Position numbers and translations under genes: made by a program. A DNA stretch of 64,000 bases, from the NCBI GenBank assembly GCA_030917815.1, contig JAUPTZ010000010.1, forward strand, positions 11,944-75,943, read 5' to 3'. The notes under the pieces were generated by a model. That model did no database searches, was not told the DNA's origin, and saw nothing but the letters and a program-made list of their open reading frames with translations. The stretch comes from Candidatus Babelota bacterium (GTDB taxonomy: Bacteria > Babelota > Babeliae > Babelales > JAUPTZ01). Position 1 is the stretch's first letter, and each line of letters begins with the position of its first letter. Below are positions 53,501 to 60,225 of this stretch, one piece after another.

Positions 53501-56500
53501 CACAACCAAGAAACAGAACCACCACCCCCGAGATCATACACCCAATGCCCAGTCGCCGTATCGAATGACCACACTTGGCTGCCACCAACCGTATGAGTCC
53601 ATATCTTCGCTCCGGCATCATAGACCCAGACCTGGCTTCCACCAACATTAGACCAATGACCAGTATCGGCGTTGTAGTTATAAGCAGGACTTTCGCTTGC
53701 CGCAGTGTACCAGGAGCTATAAGCAGTCCTCATGTTATAAGAGAAGCGAACATCGGGTGTTGCACCTAAATCATTACCGTTATTACGCCACGCAATAGAG
53801 GCATAAGAATCATCTCCTGATACCGTAAGCGTTGCATAATCATCAAAATATCCTCCGGTCATTTTCCAATGGCCCGCAGAGGTTTGAGTGACTACACAAA
53901 GATCAACAAACACCGTATAAAGGGTATCAAGAATTGCTTTCTGCACAGCTACAAGTGGTGGTAGCCCATGCTCCGGCTCACCCTCATACGCCGATATCTG
54001 CTGCCAACCGCCGGCCAGCGCTAAGTAGCGCCATACCCACGTGTGAAGACCATCATCATAGGACCAATGACCATTTGATGGAGCATATGTCCAAACAGCA
54101 TCCCCGTCATTTTGCGTCCATTGCAACGCATTGACATCGGACCGCCACGTTGTTATCTCATCGGAGCCGGTCCAAGTATTCGTATCGGCATCATACGACC
54201 ATTGCTCACCAGTTTGAAAGTCCATCCATAATCCAGGACCAGAGTTGTACTGCCATGTTTCAGGCCAGCGCGAATCAACCGAACGTTCCCACGTAAAATC
54301 GCCGGTTTCCATAGTATACGACACTAAAGAAACAGCCCCTTCAAGAAAAGCATAAGCCCCCACAGAACTCCCCTGAATATCACCGCTAATCGTGTTGTAG
54401 GTAGCGGTAAAATCGGCAGCGCTATTAGTAGCAGTATAGATACCAGAGATTGGATTTCCCACGATCCAATCGGCTTTTCCACTTTCAGCAAGAACACCAT
54501 CAGATAAAAATTCATTATATACATGACGACTATAGAGCTGCTGCACCAATGGTAACGGAGGCGTACGACTTGGTAGAGATGCACCATACGACAAAGCTCG
54601 CCACGGGCTACTTGAAGCGGTTAAGTCATACAGCCATTCGGCATTTCCATCAACATCAATCCAAACCCCTTTGCGTGAATCCCAAAGCCAATGAACACTG
54701 GAACCGGTACTCGTCCAGTAGCCGGTAGTATCATCAAAATTCCAAATTTGGGAGCCGCCATGAGTCTGCGTCCACGTTTGAGCCAATGAGTCATAATGCC
54801 AAATGAGACTACTTGCAGCATCGTGCCATATACCGGTACTACCAACATACACGGAGGATGGACTACCACCAGATCCGATATACCAAGAGCTATCCCCAGT
54901 GCTTACAACATGACTGTAATGAGCATCTGGCGTAGTACCCAAATGGTGCCCATTATTTCTCCATGCGATAGTTGCTGAGGCACCACCACTCGGTACCGTG
55001 AGCGTTGCATGGTCATTAAAAATTCCGCCGGCCAGCGTCCATTGTGCAGCAATTCCGGAACTCGCACCGTTGTCGGTAACGGCCGACAACATGCTCACGG
55101 CATTCCACAAAGAATCAATAATCGCTTTTTGCACCACAACCAATGGCGGCAACCCTGTTGCCGGTTCACCGTCATACAAAGATACTTGCTGCCACGTGCC
55201 AGCAAGAGCCAAATATGACCATACCCAGGAACGCTCACCATCATCATAAGACCAATATCCTAATGATGGAGCATACGACCATACCGCATCACCATCATTC
55301 TGTGACCACTGCATAGTAAGCAAGTCCGATTGCCAAGTCGTTGAGCCACTATCAGGGCCGGTCCATGTATTTGTAGCCGGGTCAAAAGACCAATATTCAC
55401 CGGTCTGTCGGTCTGTCCATCTATGTGTTGTACTGGCATATACCCAGGACTCTGGCCACTCTGGATCGACCGTTCGTGTCCAAGTAAAATCACCATGCTC
55501 TATGTCATAAGAAGTTAAGGCGACCGCAGCATCAATACAACCAGTGTCACTCACCGACTGGCCCTGCACAATGCCTGACACCGTATTGTAGATCATCGCA
55601 AAATCGGCCGACCCATTTACAAGAACGTACTCACCAGCATCAAGATTACCCACAGTCCAATCGGTCGTACCAGTTCCTGCAAGAATACCGGCTGCAAGAA
55701 ATTTATTCACAATATTACGTATAAAAACCTGCTGCAACCAGGCTCGCTGAGTATCACCAGCCGTCGGATCAAATCGCAAAAAATCTCCATCAGTTGCGAC
55801 CCACAATGAATTTTGAGGCCGCCAGAACCACTGGTTTGGCAAAGAATCATTCCACAGGCCAAGTGTACCGTCATACATAAATGCTGCACTTCCTCCGACA
55901 GTCTGGTGCCAGCCTTTAGTCTCAACAACGTAGTGAAACACGCTACTATCACCCGAAGTCGCCCACAAAGAGGTAGCCCCATCAAAGGTATAATCCGGAT
56001 TTGCTCCGCCAGGAACATTCCATCCGTAACTACCGGTTGCTAGGTTATACGAAAAAGTCGCATCAGGAGTTGAGAGTAAGTCATCTCCTTTATTCCGCCA
56101 TGCAATAGTCGGAGCGGAGCCGTCTGCAGGTACAGTTAAAAGTGCATAATCATTGAAAAGTGCCCCACGCAACTCCCAGGTCGTACTGCTCGTTTCGGTA
56201 ACCGAATATTCATTCCCAAAAACGGTGCGAATTGATTGGACGATAGCCCTTTGAGCAACAACAAGAGGTGGTAGCCCGCTAGCCGGCTCACCATCATGTA
56301 CAGATACTTGCTGCCAACCACCAGCCAGCATCATATAGCGCCAAACCCAAGCATGAACACCGTCATCATATGACCAATGACCATCAACCGGTGTATAGGT
56401 CCAAACGGCATCACCATCGTTCTGTGACCACTCAAGACCAAAAGCATCTGACTGCCATGACTCATCTCCTGGCCCGGTCCATGTATTGGTAGAAACATCA

Positions 56501-57480
56501 AACGACCACTCTTCACCGGTTTGTCCATCAACCCATTTTTGCGTTGAGCCACTGTAAGCCCATGAATCTTGCCACCAAGTATTCAACGTGCTGCTCATAG
56601 TAAAATCATTAAAAGTCATGTCATGAGTTAATGACAGAGCATCCAGAACAACAACGTCATAAAGTAACGCACCATCATTAATAAATGTTGCAGTAAAAGC
56701 ATTATCAGCAACCTGATACACTGCCTTAAAATATCCATCATCATTCAGCGCAGTATATTCAGACGAATTAGAATGCCCCGAATCAAAAAGGAACGTCGTA
56801 TTACCTTCTCCATCAAGAGCTCCGGAACGTAAAGCCGCTGTTAATGTCTCTCTTGCATACATTTGTTGAAGCACCGGCAGCGGCGGCTTGATTGCAATGG
56901 TCAAACTCTCCGGATTGGATACCGCAGCCCAACTCTCCGCAGTAAAATCATAGCTCCATGTAGTGCCCGAAGGAATATGGCTCCATACAAAAGTAGACCG
57001 ATCCCAAGCCCATGCAACAGGACTACTGCTTGGACTATACAGCCAATGCCCAACAGTCCCATCAAAGGCCCAGACTTGACTGCCCCCAGCAGTTTGTGTC
57101 CACGTTTTTGAACTTGGTGTATATAACCAGGTTACTCCACTCAAGTTCGACCACTGATGCGTTGATTGCGTAAAGGTATACTCGGTTGTATTAGTACGAT
57201 TTTGCCAATCAATATCACCAACTGATAAATCCCATACCACTACGAATGCAGAATCTTCTATAGGCAAACTATGGTGATCCCGCCAAGTTAATGTAGCAAT
57301 ACCAGTAAACCGATCATTATCAAGAGCAACCGAATCCTCATATGGGCCACCGGTCAGATACCATCCAACTGCATGGGAAGCCGAAATCTGAGTATGCTCC
57401 AATATATAAGGATCCACAGAATTGCACACACCACTGTAGAAAAAAAGAACTAAAGTTAAGAGGCAACGCCGCATATTCAT
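38587..57480 (-). CDS. Giant (6297 aa) exported Trp-rich repeat protein with C-terminal module B
   Basis: Uninterrupted 18.9-kb ORF; signal peptide MNMRRCLLTLVLFFYSGVCNS; recurring WxYD...W hairpins, GLPPLVVVQKA, GGYFNDYA and PPLPLVQQ motifs. Confidence 0.92.
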   Translation of the reverse strand: MNMRRCLLTLVLFFYSGVCNSVDPYILEHTQISASHAVGWYLTGGPYEDSVALDNDRFTGIATLTWRDHHSLPIEDSAFVVVWDLSVGDIDWQNRTNTTEYTFTQSTHQWSNLSGVTWLYTPSSKTWTQTAGGSQVWAFDGTVGHWLYSPSSSPVAWAWDRSTFVWSHIPSGTTWSYDFTAESWAAVSNPESLTIAIKPPLPVLQQMYARETLTAALRSGALDGEGNTTFLFDSGHSNSSEYTALNDDGYFKAVYQVADNAFTATFINDGALLYDVVVLDALSLTHDMTFNDFTMSSTLNTWWQDSWAYSGSTQKWVDGQTGEEWSFDVSTNTWTGPGDESWQSDAFGLEWSQNDGDAVWTYTPVDGHWSYDDGVHAWVWRYMMLAGGWQQVSVHDGEPASGLPPLVVAQRAIVQSIRTVFGNEYSVTETSSTTWELRGALFNDYALLTVPADGSAPTIAWRNKGDDLLSTPDATFSYNLATGSYGWNVPGGANPDYTFDGATSLWATSGDSSVFHYVVETKGWHQTVGGSAAFMYDGTLGLWNDSLPNQWFWRPQNSLWVATDGDFLRFDPTAGDTQRAWLQQVFIRNIVNKFLAAGILAGTGTTDWTVGNLDAGEYVLVNGSADFAMIYNTVSGIVQGQSVSDTGCIDAAVALTSYDIEHGDFTWTRTVDPEWPESWVYASTTHRWTDRQTGEYWSFDPATNTWTGPDSGSTTWQSDLLTMQWSQNDGDAVWSYAPSLGYWSYDDGERSWVWSYLALAGTWQQVSLYDGEPATGLPPLVVVQKAIIDSLWNAVSMLSAVTDNGASSGIAAQWTLAGGIFNDHATLTVPSGGASATIAWRNNGHHLGTTPDAHYSHVVSTGDSSWYIGSGGSPSSVYVGSTGIWHDAASSLIWHYDSLAQTWTQTHGGSQIWNFDDTTGYWTSTGSSVHWLWDSRKGVWIDVDGNAEWLYDLTASSSPWRALSYGASLPSRTPPLPLVQQLYSRHVYNEFLSDGVLAESGKADWIVGNPISGIYTATNSAADFTATYNTISGDIQGSSVGAYAFLEGAVSLVSYTMETGDFTWERSVDSRWPETWQYNSGPGLWMDFQTGEQWSYDADTNTWTGSDEITTWRSDVNALQWTQNDGDAVWTYAPSNGHWSYDDGLHTWVWRYLALAGGWQQISAYEGEPEHGLPPLVAVQKAILDTLYTVFVDLCVVTQTSAGHWKMTGGYFDDYATLTVSGDDSYASIAWRNNGNDLGATPDVRFSYNMRTAYSSWYTAASESPAYNYNADTGHWSNVGGSQVWVYDAGAKIWTHTVGGSQVWSFDTATGHWVYDLGGGGSVSWLWQPDAGQWQHVADGSEWIYDFTMPSAPWRPLSAADLPSVTPPLPLTQQMYSRKILNNFLAAGVFAESGKADWIVSGPSTGAYSAVNSVSDFIVGCSTITGDVHGSFISGHPYTNETFSLVSYSIEYGDFVWARSIDPRFAERWQYDSDLATWTDLQTAEQWTYDDATFTWIAPDDTTTWLSGQDGLSWIKAGSSHAWIYVPSTGHWTHNDGTHAWEWRYLALAGVWQQISSRPGVPVGGMPPLVAVQKAFIDSLWTVFNELSVISQTSSGHWKLTGGRFNDYATFTIPTDSSLSTITWRSNGNDLGATPETHFSYALSTGNMSWYTIADSDPAYTYSASGFLWTNADESEQWTYDSDGRTWTQTVGGDSEWYFDGTVGYWLMSGGLPWRWDVDSAVWIDTVTGLRWFYDFVRNEWQSVDMASSIPTEIPPLPLVQQMFSQRLLFLFASVLPEGSKTDWITNSPVVDDTILTVNNSDGDFTASFDSNAGYILGNYVSSYLFADGAVSVAANLDTGGFAWYRSLDPRWTDVWTYDSDEQIWVDGQTNETWAYDLDSSTWTGGEPLVTWQSNPITMEWIQVSDEVESLWTFEPATGYWSYDDGDLVWQWKYIFLTGIWEQISSHAGEPAQGLPPLVVVHKAVIDTLFDVFTDTAIMTHESDRWIARGGYFNDYAVFTMPVDNADATLTWRDRGDDLAATPHTNFLYSLKSGSVHWYTAVSGLPAYTFDATTGVWTDYISGDVWVFNAEETSWTQTIGGSQIWTFNSTTGHWVADSSESWHWDAEHAFWLYIGGSTTQWLYDFTVSEDPWEGLTPDAPLPTVRPPLPLVQQLYRVYVLNQFAPMGVFDQCGKEDLLFSSPVVSEASFTVHNSDDNFTAVYYPFSHEIEGHLLSFVTVYSNSESDSFIWQLRLDPEHQKKWMYDADAKTWTDLQTEEEWLYNDDTHKWSHSGTTWQSDVTGLSWSKNSGSIVWVYDPLTGYWSHNDGVRAWQWSYQMVTDSWLQISSHSGTPSGGLPPVLVVQKAFINALWNALNDVAVVTEESPTEWIARGGYFNDYAVLTVPDDSDPATIAWRNKGNDLGATSDINFLRILTTSDESWYLSGSEDPAYTFDGTESTWSNAAGTNVWDYDASSKTWTQITGGSQVWTFDGVAGEWIYHNGSDEAHWIWNGTNALWHDVATGSDWLYDFVETSSPWESSNMADATVPTITPPLPLVQQMYSQNVLNAFLVEGVFVGSGQADWIFDTDVVVDELLRVQNGIGDFVATYSVNDATIEGHSISSYSFADDAISVTANTHTGDFTWNQSINAQWQQQWVYDSVSHIWTDNQTGKQWLYDVAINAWADADEVIWYSNPITRQWSDGVSSWYYIPSTGYWSYDNGILVSQWHYNYLAGTWKQIASGDDGHAYPLSFPPLVVVQRAYLDSLQNVFSDNAVILQTDDGEWTALGGHFNDHAMLTIPDDISTATIVWRNNGYDLETDPVIGFSHALATGDTSWYVDGSSDPAYTFVAESGTWTQISDSNEWVYAAVSRTWTHSSGDDLPWSYDTTTGYWVYGSGSEDETHWMWHADKALWQEVATTVYWIYDLTADDSQWKPLTSTESAPSITPPLALIQQLYSKRLVYEFLLAGAFDSSEKNDWIFNTPPVADTVFMISNDANDFTAVYSKQAGSLEGNFSNPYSLATGSVAVSLNTALGSFTWQRFLDQRLPEEWAFNTVWTDGQTGEQWIYDSDTLTWHNGVDATEWSGDETGLVWSKRDSSVSWTYDLSAGYWTHNDGENQWNWRYLFFAGMWQPYTAYDARPADGFLPLAIVQKVFVDSLSTLVGNTTIDVSVDEDSGEWTLQGGFFNDYATITPSDGFDAVLEWRNNGIDLEVDPAVNFSVAVGTGNILWYLDGADDPAYTYDATTGTWTDVATEDTWAYDASAQTWTQTHGGSQVWTFNATTGYWMYGNTTSSPVDWLWQADTGLWQHVAPYNEWLYDFTASDHPWIALTPDAEIPTTTPPLPLVQQLYAARLLNEFLVAGAFDDEGEPDWILSSPVLSDALLTIENGGNNFTVTYNPEENRLEGSLLSYMNVAHDRTSGDFSWQLSIDPEWPQQWLYDSTSRIWTDQQTGEEWHYSLDTHQWTGPDAVTWHYNDAHRQWIQNDGDASWTYTRSNGHWSYDDGDHLWVWRYILLSQTWQQVTSFDGMPSTGLPPLVVVQKAFFDGLADICVDREIIITQNDENGWSLVGGYFNDYATLIVLEDGSNATIEWRSNGNDLESTPAVTFTYNVSTGQSSWYLDGGEDPATTITDAWYKVGTDIVWEYDAEDVTWTRVSGGYLTWSFDETTGYWITAGGHNWMWDARAAVWIDVTTGYQWLYDFTQPDSPWEALAAEVVLPDKLPPLPLVEQVYMHFILNQFLSGGVLAESSDAAWMIDSLADRTYIAINEAETFTVAYDTVAGEISGSLVSNYDFINGSYTLDSYNVEYGDFTWLRTINSPVVEGWQYRSDLGIWTDQQTGEEWTFNVNTNTWNGPDAVVWQSNQITGEWSQDGGDTVWTYNSGGVWSYDDGDVVWQWRYLALAGVWQQVTSFDSQPIGGLPPLVVVQKAIIDSLQNALGTLFDVEQYDSRHWILTGGYLNEYAVLETPIDTSSSTIMWRDFGSNLGSDPSASFNYTLTTGDSVWFNNVGTSDSYTFDASTGAWADTGGSETWSYDPLVIQWTQTDSGDRVWSYDNVTSSWVANSGEQWAWDIDNGVWYYLADETTWGYNFTMPDTPWNALSLNATLPGVTPPLPLVQQMHSARILRQFLLDGIFDESGKVDWIVASPIVSSALFTLTNSTHDFTVSYDASHGTMTGSRTSDYAFINDAVTVDYDVNTGGFTWQVTIDPRLPLVWVYDGTSALWLDGQTGEEWSYDEAVNTWTGPEDLGAWQSDELGLVWTQNDGDAVWTYTRSNGHWSYDDGEHTWQYSFRVLTNTWEQITDNIGLPASGLPPLIVVQKAFIQSFTGVFDDVPAVTSVEDGVWLLKGGYFNDYATLTFAEDGADATIAWRNKGNALGEDSDTSFTASLRTGSTTWLTPEDTNPVAVFNASTSTWNNFVDGVEPWVYYRATGVLTTDSGATAWVYDSESEAWSHSGQAWAWDSVNGLWTDRETGTKWVYDFTAPDSPWEPLTPAAPLPSFMPPLPLVQLMYVHRIISAFLGAGVFAETATADWVFASPSLATYQAVNGNGDLEVTCTTDGGILSGRYTNGDSLIANSTFGFDYTVETGSFTWFRSIDPLWFEVWRYDADLLTWTHDRTADEWVYDPSANTWTAGETTWQSSLTGTHWTQDGGDTVWVYAPSTGHWSYDDGERTWLWSYQFLAGAWQQISSHLGQPDGGLPPLVAVQNAIIGSAWNILGPLQAVTQTSSTEWHMTGGRFNDYAVLTTSGIDNDHATTITWRNNGRALGDGADIAFTYAVDTGHSEWDSYISEGNAYIFDEVTAEWRDVLSGDTWSYDRTSREWTQTSGGDQVWRLDYLGRWGGHWRWDGDTSLWTHVGDNSEWFYDFKSTESPWRAVSFNAILPDETPPLPLVQQLYMQRILRAFLANGVCSESGLTNWGVFFDSDGRLTVINDPVDFAVIYSPTTHTLAGRLVGPRPIDNGALTFSFDDITGNFTWEQSIDGVATETGWAESLGTVWIYNQSHDEAVWIQDEETLVWVNVTGGIDGDQWRYSPSDGTWIKNDGVAAWLYDASTSLWVHDDGERLWQYRYEFLSHSWRQITTNLSRPANGFPPLIVLQKTFIASIMDAVRFAGGVDKSGGPFGWSTFAEIVATGDDEAFPSYWKSLNAAETQDISYTPAKAAAVWTGNSEQNFFTINFATALMTWENYFETNNPYIASYDVNTGVWMERNIDATRWTYDGVARTWTNADESVTWSYNPGDDSWQSSVTDGVLWYYSSSDDVWSAPAWEASWQYKTAGRFWERLTGSVTGVEMPPVALIHQYYLNNVMYELAAQSFFPQPRLAGSLTAIDDQPDVYEWVRPGSTVTVDLVQEGTPSITSETDDSSVHWTYNPSTGAWTWVQELEISTKTWTYNTTTHVLAGPSHDSWKLLSSSNDLKIWGHYDSAHPEDVTADWRYTPLSATWYDVHNDITWRYEPLTCSWGALLANGDASVWRYDEPSLTWYLVTGTPPEDLTDFQPPSVVRQTTVISTVFDAVIGEPGISFGRVTDLTFERQDDGTWLGANESNRMRISYDSTQSSHQITVSFKAVDEPSWIDDRVQFSLSTDGSWVWENYLNPYRPESFTYDSSTLMWQNNLDESDAWSYNPATTRWTSLSAEEQWRYRYNGHRFSGARLGSTTYHPTTDRYTSSTYDFIANRWSSLPGGFILPRPLTQFIMTYQVMRALINAHAFDTSPLMSWASGAQAWVGSDSFGNGRATYDVRKGYSYYWTDSSGKNQVRYNDTSGEWVWVFDTACWRYTTLHNCWVRDGDPTVNSWYYFDGISPYWVSAGDSSIQWTQQDSSNSWMYTPNFDEWTYNASTGRWQVFLDGKGVFVEWAYNFVSGTWYETSDSGLLPAVFPPLALVQQLFLNHLKASGDAFFAQSSHSAARQVSAPSEHPLYGIRPLTKNALYGRYNSSSILVNAPTHLHNVWYIQSDVSRNLGKMQLPSVTTSALPTIIGGERSTLFGDTWGPTISLCNSIIACQESLVSAGVRWNVHENDSADGGSDTANGDNSSALILYQRGRTHDSGRRRGSVFQLGSIANRMSDGTLSASVQLSSDGVQTTSSLRDGFFDIYRSALTPGATMLQPSTIELALQTAGESGISAKDRSTQILFLAHQSRMNIGWPTSFGSTDNYSPWTIPLSGVTFDETKKFDPGATGGGTLRIAGDNLCLGSRMSNGLPPRHPVKTIDQGGILYVDFGGTLRADEHKDFVLDATIAAALGNGSLAGAVTMPPDQIILAENGRVQGYGADFSAAAETSGDYAGYIVIPKNSPYFATGKPMQSPTLVQVKGRARQRKRVRSSSRR
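42200..56950 (-). repeat. About 12-13 degenerate coding repeats, ~1.17 kb (~390 aa) period
   Basis: GLPPLxxxQKA-type motif recurs near 56270, 55145, 53955, 52780, 51610, 50465, 49280, 48105, 46945, 45785, 44610, 43450 and 42280. Confidence 0.88.
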
Positions 57481-60137
57481 GAAAGAACTCCATTATTTTC
57501 TTGCCCAGTATAATCAATACGAATCGAAGGCAATGTTATATAACCATTAGGAGGAAACCCAAATCGGCCAATCACCGACACTATGCTAAATTCACCCTCA
57601 ATATCAAGTACATGCTCACCATCTAAACAACGAGGCCCATCATCATCCATTAAAAAGGGATTTCCTGCGCGATCAATCCAAATCGATTCTGCATGAGATT
57701 GCACTCCGTTAACATCAAGAACCGGACAGAATGTACCGTCGTACACGCCAACACCAATCGTTGCGTCCAACGTCTCGGCGCCAGTATCACTATCGGTATC
57801 AAGCACATTGTCGATAACGCCGGAATCCCATGATGCACCACAACGGAAATAGCATCCAGCAGTGCCCTCAAGCACCATTGTTCCATAACTCGTACCAGCA
57901 TATGTCATATCGTACGAAGCATCGACTGATGCTCCATACACGCCAAGCTGATCAACAATAAACGCTGACGGATTATGTAATTTAACGGTAGCCGAAGTAG
58001 CATCAGCTCCACCAAGTTGCAAAGGATCAACCGCTTGGTTTATTGCACCGGCGACATAATCCAAAAACAAATTATGCCCCACTCTAAGCTGACCATTATC
58101 ACCAAGAATAAAACCGGGTTGATACCCTTTTTGTTTTTGTGACGGCGCCCAATCACTCGTCTCAAGTGATGAAGCATTCGAAAGATTTGAAGCGAGATAC
58201 GGATAGGTTGTATTATTGTTAACTATTACCAGACCACGACGATCATTTGGCCCACGAGCAACCCAGCCAGCAGCATCGTCATCAATATTTTCCACTAAGG
58301 TGCTAAATGCGAGGTCATCGGTAATGCTCAGAACAGCCAGCATACCGGCACGCTTATGAGGGTACACTTTTGTACGTAAATCAGAGGTGGTCACTACAGA
58401 ATCTTCACCCGTACCAACAATCAGCGATCCCCAAATATTTATACCGGCATCATAACCAAGACCAGGGATTACACCGGGCGCTAGATCAAGAATAGTACGT
58501 CCGGTTCCAGCGTGGCATACATCAAACGCCAGCGCACCATATCCAGCAATAGAATCATCAGTGCCGGTTGCATTATAAGAAATGAATCGCAGCGATGATG
58601 AAGTGCCAAAACGAATCCAAGTGGTTTTGTTTGTAGCAGTGTTCCTCGCACCCTCATCATGAGAATCCTCTTGCGCATAACTCCATGGCTCAAATATCAC
58701 CTGCTGCATTCCAATACTAATATCATCAATATCTAAATCCATAAGCACTTGCACACATACACCAACCGATGAAGAATCGGCCGATTCAGGACCAAATGAG
58801 AGAGTAACTCCGGACGGCAACCGAAATATCGTTGTACCTTTCCCCCGAAACGTAATGAGCAGCGGCACCGTAGCACTTGCCTGGAAATACACGTTATTAA
58901 CTACATCAATCTCAAGTGTTTTGCCCGAGACAACATTAAAAATAAGGTGTGCATACGTCGCATCATCACTTGGCTTAATAACTACATCATCAGAAGAGTC
59001 ATCACCAAGGGTCAGTACCGCATCGCTTTCAACTAATAACTCAATATCACCAGACAAGGTAACGGTATTGGTCATTATCATCTTGGTAACAAAATCAAAA
59101 ACAAAAACGCCTCCCTTAAACAAAGAATTTTGTGTTTCATCAATAAATCCAGCACCGGTACCATCATCGCTGCCAAACCGAACACCTTCATCTGAAAGAG
59201 TTGCCAAAGCATGGTCAATTACCGCCTTGTATTGCGCAAAAGGTGTTGGCAAAAATAACGGGACAATCTCGACCGGATCAATAGTCAAATCGCTCGCATT
59301 GTGCCACAAGTAATCATCATTACTATAATGCCATAGCTGCAGTAATCCGGTCGCTGGTGGTGAAATTGCGACGGTCCGCGATGTCCATACACCAATTGAT
59401 AATGTTTGCATCCAACGCACATAATCCCAGCCACTAGGCGGTACATTTCCGACAATATTCCATTGGGACTGTGTATCGGTCATGCGCTCAAAGCGCCACC
59501 ACTCGCCAGTAACTAAACTTTTCCACTGACCATTAGCATTGTCTGAACGATACATCCACGATGAACCGGTAATCGGATCATTCTGTGACCAAATCTGTGT
59601 TGATGGTTGAAATGTCCACGTTTCATCAACCGGAACAGTCGGTGGCGCACCCACACTGCGGACAAAGTGCCACTCATCGGTATCGGAAAGATATTGCCAA
59701 TACGCCACAGGAAGACTTACAAAGCTATAGTGCCCCCCCGAGAATGAGCGCCTAACAGGATGCCATCGCTGCGTCTCGTCATCAAGCGCCCATACCTGAT
59801 TTACAATAGCATTTGATGTTGTAAGATCATAGGAAGATTCAAAGGTATTAACCCACACACGATACGTATCATCATATATCCATCGCTCACCAGTTTGATA
59901 ATCTTGAAAAATTCCGGAATCAGCGTCAAAGGCCCATAGATTAGATGTTGCAATATCAAGCCAAGTCCACGCACCATTCTCTATCGAATACTCCCAAATA
60001 CTCGTTGCATTAGAATAAGAAACAGTACCGGCATCATTGTCAATCGCAAGACCAGTAGAGCCAGTGAGCATGCATCCATACATGCACATAAAAAACAGTA
60101 TCTTTAATGGAGAGATCACTCTCATACTACACCTCAC
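57477..60137 (-). CDS. Exported protein: Trp-rich N-terminal region plus module A only
   Basis: Signal-like N-terminus (start may be ATG 60125); Trp-rich first ~310 aa; then PLLITFRGKGTTIFRLPSG, GYGALAFD, RRGLVIVNNN, PSIRIDYTGQE; ATGA overlap with the giant gene. Confidence 0.88.
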   Translation of the reverse strand: MRCSMRVISPLKILFFMCMYGCMLTGSTGLAIDNDAGTVSYSNATSIWEYSIENGAWTWLDIATSNLWAFDADSGIFQDYQTGERWIYDDTYRVWVNTFESSYDLTTSNAIVNQVWALDDETQRWHPVRRSFSGGHYSFVSLPVAYWQYLSDTDEWHFVRSVGAPPTVPVDETWTFQPSTQIWSQNDPITGSSWMYRSDNANGQWKSLVTGEWWRFERMTDTQSQWNIVGNVPPSGWDYVRWMQTLSIGVWTSRTVAISPPATGLLQLWHYSNDDYLWHNASDLTIDPVEIVPLFLPTPFAQYKAVIDHALATLSDEGVRFGSDDGTGAGFIDETQNSLFKGGVFVFDFVTKMIMTNTVTLSGDIELLVESDAVLTLGDDSSDDVVIKPSDDATYAHLIFNVVSGKTLEIDVVNNVYFQASATVPLLITFRGKGTTIFRLPSGVTLSFGPESADSSSVGVCVQVLMDLDIDDISIGMQQVIFEPWSYAQEDSHDEGARNTATNKTTWIRFGTSSSLRFISYNATGTDDSIAGYGALAFDVCHAGTGRTILDLAPGVIPGLGYDAGINIWGSLIVGTGEDSVVTTSDLRTKVYPHKRAGMLAVLSITDDLAFSTLVENIDDDAAGWVARGPNDRRGLVIVNNNTTYPYLASNLSNASSLETSDWAPSQKQKGYQPGFILGDNGQLRVGHNLFLDYVAGAINQAVDPLQLGGADATSATVKLHNPSAFIVDQLGVYGASVDASYDMTYAGTSYGTMVLEGTAGCYFRCGASWDSGVIDNVLDTDSDTGAETLDATIGVGVYDGTFCPVLDVNGVQSHAESIWIDRAGNPFLMDDDGPRCLDGEHVLDIEGEFSIVSVIGRFGFPPNGYITLPSIRIDYTGQENNGVLS

Positions 60138-60225
60138 CGTGCCGTACTGTTCGCCTCCCCCACGTCCTTGCAGTAAAGATAGGATTGATGCTCACTTACT
60201 TGTCAACGATCTCTTAATCACCACG

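Noticed and set aside
39850-57400. CRISPR array, DGR or Rhs/YD toxin
   Set aside because: Repeats are degenerate, coding and ~1.17 kb long. No reverse transcriptase, cas gene or Rhs core (DPxG) motif is visible.
57440-57540. 886 aa and 6297 aa ORFs as one frameshifted gene or pseudogene
   Set aside because: The downstream ORF begins with its own signal peptide at an ATGA coupling overlap and both ORFs are intact. Read-level confirmation is still advisable.
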